Positions 56,193 to 64,000 of a stretch of DNA of 64,000 bases are shown one piece after another. Source of the DNA: Octopus vulgaris (lineage: Eukaryota); the NCBI GenBank assembly GCA_951406725.2, contig OX597833.1, forward strand, positions 5,828,001-5,892,000, given 5' to 3'. The translations under genes were made by a program, and so were the position numbers. The notes under the pieces were generated by a model. The model saw nothing but the letters and a program-made list of their open reading frames with translations. It ran no database searches and was not told where the DNA came from. How positions within the stretch are numbered: the first letter of the stretch is position 1; each line of letters begins with the position of its first letter.

Positions 56193-56330
56193 CAGTTACT
56201 GTTATTAAAATCAAGGGTACGTAGCGTTCCATTAATTAATGAGGTAAAAAAAATACATGTAATAGATGCACAAACAAACGGAAAACAGACACAGATGGTC
56301 ACAGAACTTCTAATTAGTTATCCGCTAGAG

Positions 56331-56650
56331 TAGTGGTTCCCAAATTTTTCCGACTGCCACCTCCTTGACACCCAGGCCACATTCCTACCGCCTCCACCCT
56401 GACTAACCATCACAAACAAGGACTTCTTTCTGAAGCAAATTCAAAGCAACTGTATTTCACAAATAAAACTTAAAACAACATTGCAAAAACAACGTTACTT
56501 TGTTGTTTTTACATCAATTGCCACCCCGTTATCGCTCCAATTCTTACATGAATCACTACCCCACTATCGCGTCACTTTTGTCAACTTTTGTCCCTTTAAA
56601 ACTTTCCACTTCGCTCAGTGGGGCAATACTGCCCACTTTGGGAACCACTG
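56331..56650. mobile_element. hAT (Charlie-like) MITE
   Basis: TIRs tagtggttcccaaa / tttgggaaccactg; degenerate 8-bp TSD cgctagag / tgtcagag. Confidence 0.82.
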
Positions 56651-56781
56651 TGTCAGAGGGTCAAATGCAATTTCGTGCCTTTAACGATAAATAGCGTTTG
56701 GCCCTCCGGCCGTTTACTGATGAGGAGTTGGTGATCTACTGTGTCTGTTTTCCGTTTGTTTGTGCATTTACTATGTTTTTT

Positions 56782-56860
<79 letters not shown>

Positions 56861-57189
56861 GTAAGGCATCATCTTCCATCAGCATTACTTCTACACATGT
56901 CTTGGTGTTGTCACATAGCCATAAGGCCTTTCTTTTGTTAGTACATTTATATTTGTACCAACGTTTATTTTCGTAATCGTTCTTTACTCTTTGCTAAGTT
57001 ATTTCCAACAGTGTTTTTGCTGTTAACGCCATCATCAAAATGAACAATCTTATCGTTAAAGGCGCGAAATTTTTATGGTTTCCGGATGATAACTGATGAG
57101 GGAAGAGCATGTCTACGTCTTAGGCGTGGATTTTCTGTTTGTTCCTTTGATGTCCTTCTGTGCAATTTTTGAATCTTATCCCACCATGC

Positions 57190-57571
57190 ACGCATGTATA
57201 TATTTATGTATGTATGTATGTATGTATTTATGTATGTATGTATGTATGTACGTACGTACTTATGTATGTATGTATGTATGTATGTATGTATGTATGTATG
57301 TATGTATGTATGTATGTACGTACGTATGTATGTATGTATGTATGTATGTATGTATTATGTATGTATGTACGTATTTATGTATGTATGTACGTACGTATGT
57401 ATGTATGCATGTATGTATGTATGTATGTATGTATGTATGTATGTATGTACGTACGTATTTATGTATGTATGTACGTACGTATGTATGTATGTATGTATGT
57501 ATGTATGTATGTATGTATGTATGTATGTATGTATGTATGTATGTATGTATATATGTATGTATGTATGTATG

Positions 57572-57605
<34 letters not shown>

Positions 57606-57671
57606 TGTATGTATGTATGTATGTATATATGTATGTATGTATGTATGTATGTGCATATGTATGTATGTATG

Positions 57672-57705
<34 letters not shown>

Positions 57706-57750
57706 TGTATGTATGTATGTATATATGTATGTATGTATGTATGTATGTGC

Positions 57751-57781
<31 letters not shown>

Positions 57782-58307
57782 TGTATGTATGTATGTATGT
57801 ATGTATGTATGTATGTGTATGTATGTATGTATGTATGTACGTATGTATGTATGTGTGTATGTATGTATGTATGTATGTATGTATGTATGTATGTATGTAT
57901 GTATGTATGTATGTATGTATGTATGTATATGTGTGTGTATGTATGTATGTATGTATGTATGTATGTATGTATGTATGTATGTGTGTATGTATGTATGTAT
58001 GTACGTATGTATGTATGTGTGTATGTATGTATGTATGTATGTATATATGTATGTATGTACGTATGTACGTATGTATGTATGTATGTATGTATATATGTAT
58101 GTATGTATGTATGTATATATGTATGTATGTATGTATGAATGTATGTATGTATGTATGTATGAATGTATGAATGTATGTATGTATGTATATGTGTATGTAT
58201 GTATGTATGTATGTATGTATGTGTGTATGTATGTATGTATGTATGTATGTATGTGTGTATGTATGTGTGTGTGTGTGTATGTATGTATGCATGTATGTAT
58301 GTATGTA

Positions 58308-58338
<31 letters not shown>

Positions 58339-58695
58339 ATGTATGTATATATATATATGTATGTGTGTATGTATGTGTGTATGTATGTATGTATGTATGT
58401 ATGTATGTATGTATGTGTGTATGTATGTATGTATGTATGTGTGTATGTATATATGTATGTATGTATGTATGTGTGTATGTATGTATGTATGTATGTGTGT
58501 ATGTATATATGTATGTATGTATGTGTGTATGTATATATGTATGTATGTATGTATGTGTGTATGTATATATGTATGTATGTATGTATGTGTGTATGTATGT
58601 ATGTTTGTATGTATGTATGTATATATGTATGTATGTATGTGTGTATGTATATATGTATGTATGTATATATGTATGTATGTATGTATGTGTGTATG

Positions 58696-58729
<34 letters not shown>

Positions 58730-58775
58730 TGTATGTATGTATGTATGTATGTATGAATGTATGTATGTATGTATG

Positions 58776-58809
<34 letters not shown>

Positions 58810-58945
58810 TATATGTATGTATGTATGAATGTGTGTATGTATGTATGTATGTATGTGTGCGTATGTATGTATGTATGTATGTATGTATGTGTGTATGTAT
58901 GTATGTATGTATGTGTGTATGTATATATGTGTGTGTGTGTGTGTG
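57190..58945. repeat. (TATG)n microsatellite, about 1.75 kb
   Basis: Direct reading of the sequence. Confidence 0.97.
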
Positions 58946-59219
58946 TGTCTTCTCGGTCATGTTTTATATTTTATACATTTATTGCTGTCTCCTTGCTTTT
59001 GAATATAAAGCAGTTGTTTTTATAGTTGTAATGATACAGTTGTTGTTATTGTTGTTGTTGTTGTTGCGGTGGTGGTGGTGGTGGTGGTGGTGGTGGTAGT
59101 GGTGGTTGTTGTTGTCAGTGTTACTGTCGTTGCAAAAGAACAATAATTATTCTCGACGCGGCAATCATTATTAATGTTTCCGACAACTTCTACCACCGTC
59201 GCTTATGTTGTTGTCGTCG

Positions 59220-59302
<83 letters not shown>

Positions 59303-59359
59303 ATTGTTGTCGCCGTCGATATAGTGATTGTCGCTGTGGTCGTTCTCATTGTCTTTCAT

Positions 59360-59490
59360 CTTTTACTTGTTTCAATCATTGGACTACGGTCATGCTGGAG
59401 CACCGGCTTGAACAATTTGTAGTCGAATGAATTGACCCACTAATTTACTGATACGAAACACACTAACACCAAGGAGACACACATACACAC

Positions 59491-59548
<58 letters not shown>

Positions 59549-59596
59549 TGCTTCTCTCCCCCTCTCTCTCTCTCTATATATATATATATATGTATG

Positions 59597-59648
<52 letters not shown>

Positions 59649-59840
59649 TAGATAGATAGATAGATAGATATAAATATAGATATATATAAAGATAGATAGA
59701 TAGAAAGAAAGATAGAAAGATAGATAGATAGGTAGATAGATAGATAGATATAGATACAGATATATAGATTGATAGCTATATAGATATAGATGTTGATATA
59801 CAATGGGCTTCTTTCAGTTTCCGTTTACCAAATCCACTCG
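59360..59840 (-). mobile_element. Old SINE-A copy with a greatly expanded internal microsatellite
   Basis: 3' part at 59360-59475 and middle block at 59800-59840, separated by (TATC)n/(TA)n/(GATA)n. Confidence 0.68.
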
Positions 59841-60277
59841 CATTACTTATTTCCCATAAGCCCTTTGCTCCCTATCGAGTATTAAACAATCGACGGCTTC
59901 CCCCTCGGCTCTCTTTTCTGCTTCTCCCCAGTTCGATCCTTGCTTTTTCTTGCACATTCTTTTCGGATTTTGCATCATGTCATAAATTTACCCGAGTGAA
60001 GGCCTTCCTCATTCAGATCTTGTTAACTTCAAATTGGTGTTCTAGCATTTTCCCCTTTCTCTAAGCCGCATTCAAACCATTTTTTGATATGAACAACTCC
60101 TTCCCAGAGGTGATTCATATTATTCGGTCATGTACCTTTTAATCTGTCCAGTTGGGAGCCCTTCTAGGAACTTGTGTTTCGCTGACATAGGCCAAAGGAT
60201 CATTGAGACAGACAGGTCAGCACATCACAAAAGGGACTGGATCTTGTGATAGATATATAAATAAACACATTTACTGG

Positions 60278-60587
60278 TCCTCCGTCGATTACGACGACGA
60301 GTGTTCTAGTTGATCCGATTAACGGAACAGCCTGCTCGTGAAATTAACGTGTAAGTGGTTGAGTACTCCATGGACATCCGTACTCTTAATGTTATTCTCA
60401 GGGAGGTTCTGTGTGACAAACCGAATGTGAGAAGGCTAGTCTTTTGAAATACGAGTATTACACATTTTTGCCAGCTGAGAAGACAGCAGCAAAATTAAAT
60501 AAAATGACTTGCTTAAGGACACAACACGTTGCTAGGAATCGAACTCGCTATCTTATGATCGTGACACGCATACCGTAACCACTAGGC
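60278..60587 (-). mobile_element. SINE with a SINE-C-type head and the 3' module of the 62849 copy
   Basis: ctccgtcg.ttacgacgacgag...aacggaacagcctgctcgtgaaattaacgtg tail module plus cagctgag..cttgcttaaggacacaacac..ggaatcgaactc head. Confidence 0.78.
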
Positions 60588-60627
60588 TGTTATGATTATT
60601 TCATTGTTGTCATATTTTATGTCGCTG

Positions 60628-60842
60628 TAAGGTAACAAGCTAGAAGAATCTTTAGCACACCGGACTAAATACTTTACAACGTTTTGTTCGTCTTTCTATT
60701 TTGAGCTCAAATATTGCCGAAGTTGACTTTGCCTTTCATCCTTTCGAAGTCGATAAAATAAGTACCAGCTGCGTACTGGGGTCGACGTCAACGACTAAAT
60801 CTCTCCCCACCAAATTCCAGTCCTTGTGCCTCTAGCAAAAAA
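60628..60842 (+). mobile_element. SINE-B, older subfamily
   Basis: gttgactttgcctttcatcctttcgaagtcgataaaataagtaccag core. Confidence 0.8.
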
Positions 60843-60996
60843 GCTATTTTGTGTTATTGCGGTTGTTGTTATTGTTATTGCTTATATGATTGTTGTTATG
60901 TTGAATTCGTCGTTGTTGACATGCTGCTGGTTGTTATGGTTATTGTTGTTATTAGTTTCCTTTACAGAGTTTGTTATTGTTATTATTATTATTATT

Positions 60997-61457
60997 GAGT
61001 GAGAGAGCAGTGTATGCCATCAAAGTAACACTGGTATAAAATATTCGAAGCCCAATATACCCATCATAACTACCCGTCTGATAAGGGTACACCAGGCACA
61101 TGCATCACAACCATATGTGCGTGACATGGTGATCTCATATCAAGATAAACAGCACATGGCCTTGCAGGTGGGGCCCAGTTAGAATTTTCTTCAGGTTGAG
61201 TAGCCCATCCCGCTCAAAAGGTCCCTGAATAAGAGTTGTTTAAGGATGTCGAACGAAAGACCCATGTTTCCAGAGGTGAATTATTCACACTCCAAAGAAT
61301 CCCTCTCAACACATGGCTATGATGCTCCCCCACTACTTCTGCTCGTGATCAGAGATGCACATATCGTCAGCCACTAAGGGACATGCTCAACTGGTTAAGG
61401 TCAAACAACTGACAAGCAAATCTGTGGTATTGAGCAGAATATTTGCTGTAGCCCATC

Positions 61458-61463
<6 letters not shown>
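60997..61463 (-). mobile_element. Family F copy, truncated at its inferred 5' end, in (ATT)n
   Basis: Colinear with 13104-13555. Confidence 0.8.
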
Positions 61464-61519
<56 letters not shown>

Positions 61520-61525
61520 GTTGTT

Positions 61526-61557
<32 letters not shown>

Positions 61558-62088
61558 CGTGTCTCTCTAATTAGCACAATCCTGAGATTTGCACCTATTG
61601 TTGTTGACAACCTCCATAAGGCCCTCCAGTAGATCGCATCGAAGACAACTCTGAAGGCGATGGACCCGACATGTAAGAGTATTCATTGCTCCTTTACTTT
61701 TTTCAATGATCCATGTGGAAATAAAAATACAAACTTGGTCCTAAATATGTCTACAATTGAACTGAACTTCTTCGGTTGCTTCTCCAACTTTACTTCTCAA
61801 TCTGTTGCGGATGTTTCTACCGAACCCTTCCCGGCTACTCCAATGGATAAATCGCCCTGACATTGTCAAGCTTTTGCTTGTCAACCTTTTTATATATTCG
61901 TATTACCCATATGTGGGTGCAACCATTTAAAGTCTTTCATTTTTCCGCACATTATGTTGAATATCGAGTGTAATATATGAACAACGTGGCCTCTCCCTAC
62001 TTTTGGAACGTCTTCTGACGGCTTTGCATGTTTTATTTCTTTCTTTCGTAATTTCTTTGCATTAGTGTACACATCAAAAAGACAATCC

Positions 62089-62510
62089 GGGATTCCTGAC
62101 ATTGCTTCCGAACCGTGTGGGCATTTAGTGTTAAATATATCTCAGCATGATCTTTCTAACATCGAGGTACTTCATCTATATCTGCATGTATGGCACCCTC
62201 TCTTTATCTGTTTGTTTGTTATTTGTTAGAATTAGGAGCCACAATAGATCGACATTTCGGGATTCTTGGCATTCCTTCCCGGTTGTGTGATTTAGTGCCA
62301 AAATTTTCCTTAAATAATCTTTACAAAATTGAGGTATCTTGTCTATATCTGTATGTATGGTAATCTCTCTTTATCTGATTATCTTTTATTCCTGACATTT
62401 CTTCTGGGTTGTGTGAAGATTTAGTGTTAAAATGCTTTTTTAAAAAACGATCTTTCCAAACTTAAGGTACCTTATCTATATCTGCGAGTATGGTACCCTC
62501 TTTTGATCTT
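62089..62510. repeat. Three diverged tandem copies of a unit of about 130 bp
   Basis: attc.tg.catt...atttagtg...atcttt...aggta...tctatatctg...gtatgg recurs from about 62090, 62260 and 62388. Confidence 0.75.
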
Positions 62511-62848
62511 TTCCAGCGTTATACATATTTATGTTCTCCATTTCATCGACAGACGTGAAAAAGAAAATTTCTTGAATTCAGCTTTTGCTTCTTCCCTTTT
62601 GTCTTGTAAATTCCCGTTGTCTCGGAATTCTAAAAATTGTTTTGCCTTATTTCTTTAGTCTTATGTACCATTTTGATTCTGGATTATTCCACGTTTCTCT
62701 TATTCGATTGTTCGCTACTTACAAACAATCTCTATAACAAATGGTAAAACCATCACTTGTTTTCCAGCTTCCAATTCGTTGTCGTTCCTTCTCTTGTTTT
62801 GTTTGTTGCTCTTCTCAGACACAAACACACACACACACACACACACAC

Positions 62849-63227
62849 TTTTTCTCTTTTGCACTCCGTCGGTTACGACGACGAGGGTTCCGGTTGATCC
62901 GAATCAACGGAACAGCCTGCTCGTGAAATTAACGTGTAAGTGGCTGAGCACTCCACTGACACGTATACCCTTAACGTAGTTCTCGGGGAAATTCAGCGTG
63001 ACACAGACGGTGACAAGGCCGGCCCTTTGAAATACAGGTACAACAGAAACAGGAAGTAAGAGTGAGAGAAAGTTGTGGTGAAAGAGTACAGCAGGGATCA
63101 CCACCATCCCCTGCCGGAGCCTCGTGGAGCTTTAGGTGTTTTCGCTCAATAAACACTCTGGAAATCGAAACCGCGATCCTATGACCGCGAGTCCGCTGCC
63201 CTAACCACTAGGCCATTGCGCCTCCAC
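62849..63227 (-). mobile_element. SINE with a SINE-D-type head and a different 3' module
   Basis: Head and gagtgagagaaagttgtgg block match 7440-7801; the tail matches 60278-60455. Confidence 0.85.
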
Positions 63228-63596
63228 ACACACACACACACTTCATCGACGTCACTCATTTCTGTATGTATGCTTTGCTTTTCTCCTTTGAAACATATTT
63301 CAAGTTGTTTCCATTTCCGAATTTAACCCCATCAAAAAGAGTGGCAAAGCTCTTTTTTCTAAGTCAAGACAGCTCTTGGGATTTATCGTTTGGTTAATGT
63401 AATCATATATGAGTTAGCAGCGGTGCCCTTCTATGTGTGCGTGTTGTGCGTATGTGTACGTACGCATAAACCTAGACTCGGAGGTGTACGTAACGCGAGA
63501 GAATGCAACTGCGATTACATGCATTTGTTCATCAGGGAACACCAAATGGAGAATTCCTGGAATATTTTACAAATTTTCGCTGTTTTTCTGATCGAG

Positions 63597-63682
63597 TGTA
63601 TGTATGTATGTATGTATGTATGTATGTATGTATGTATGTATGTATTTATGTATGTATGTATGTATGTATGTATGTATGTATG

Positions 63683-63713
<31 letters not shown>

Positions 63714-63738
63714 GTATGTATGTATGTATGTATGTATG

Positions 63739-63769
<31 letters not shown>

Positions 63770-63886
63770 GTATGTATGTATGTATGTATGTATGTGTGTA
63801 TGTATGTATGTAAGTATGTATGTAAGTATGTATGTATGTATGTATGTAAGTATGTATGTATGTATGTATGTATGTATGTATGTATG

Positions 63887-63917
<31 letters not shown>

Positions 63918-63940
63918 GTATGTATCTATCTATCTATCTA
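63597..63940. repeat. (TATG)n microsatellite
   Basis: Direct reading of the sequence. Confidence 0.95.
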
Positions 63941-64000
63941 GTTAAATAAAACATAAAGATGATGGTTTGCATCGGGAAAGTTGTATTATTTGTAAAAAGT

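Noticed and set aside
57096-59099. Long ORFs (667 aa and similar YIYI, MYVC, HTYI, poly-I ORFs across the window)
   Set aside because: They are translations of stop-free microsatellites, open in several frames and on both strands.
59845-60260. Possible RTE-like LINE remnant on the minus strand (GSNWGEAEKRA)
   Set aside because: Only one short motif is recognisable, which is too little to call without a search.

Overview
AT-rich, microsatellite-saturated animal DNA. The SINE families and repeat style suggest a coleoid cephalopod such as Octopus, but this is inference. Almost all ORFs in the track are translations of (TA)n, (CA)n, (TATG)n or (TAA)n and are not genes. The real content is a dense mosaic of mobile elements. 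DNA transposons: three mariner families (one near full-length with perfect 30-bp TIRs), a deleted Tc1, hAT and TA-TSD MITEs, and a Helitron. Retroelements: several tRNA-type SINE families (one forming head+(body)n arrays), R4/Dong-like and RTE LINE 3' fragments inside specific microsatellites, and three families of short (TA)n-inserted elements carrying type I hammerhead ribozyme motifs (Penelope/Naiad-like). There is also a decayed Polinton/adintovirus PLA2X+integrase fragment. The only plausible host coding sequence is one candidate signal-peptide exon at 55331-55475. Family labels (SINE-A to D, F, HHR-1 to 3) are my own, and coordinates were counted by hand, so they may be off by a few bases.
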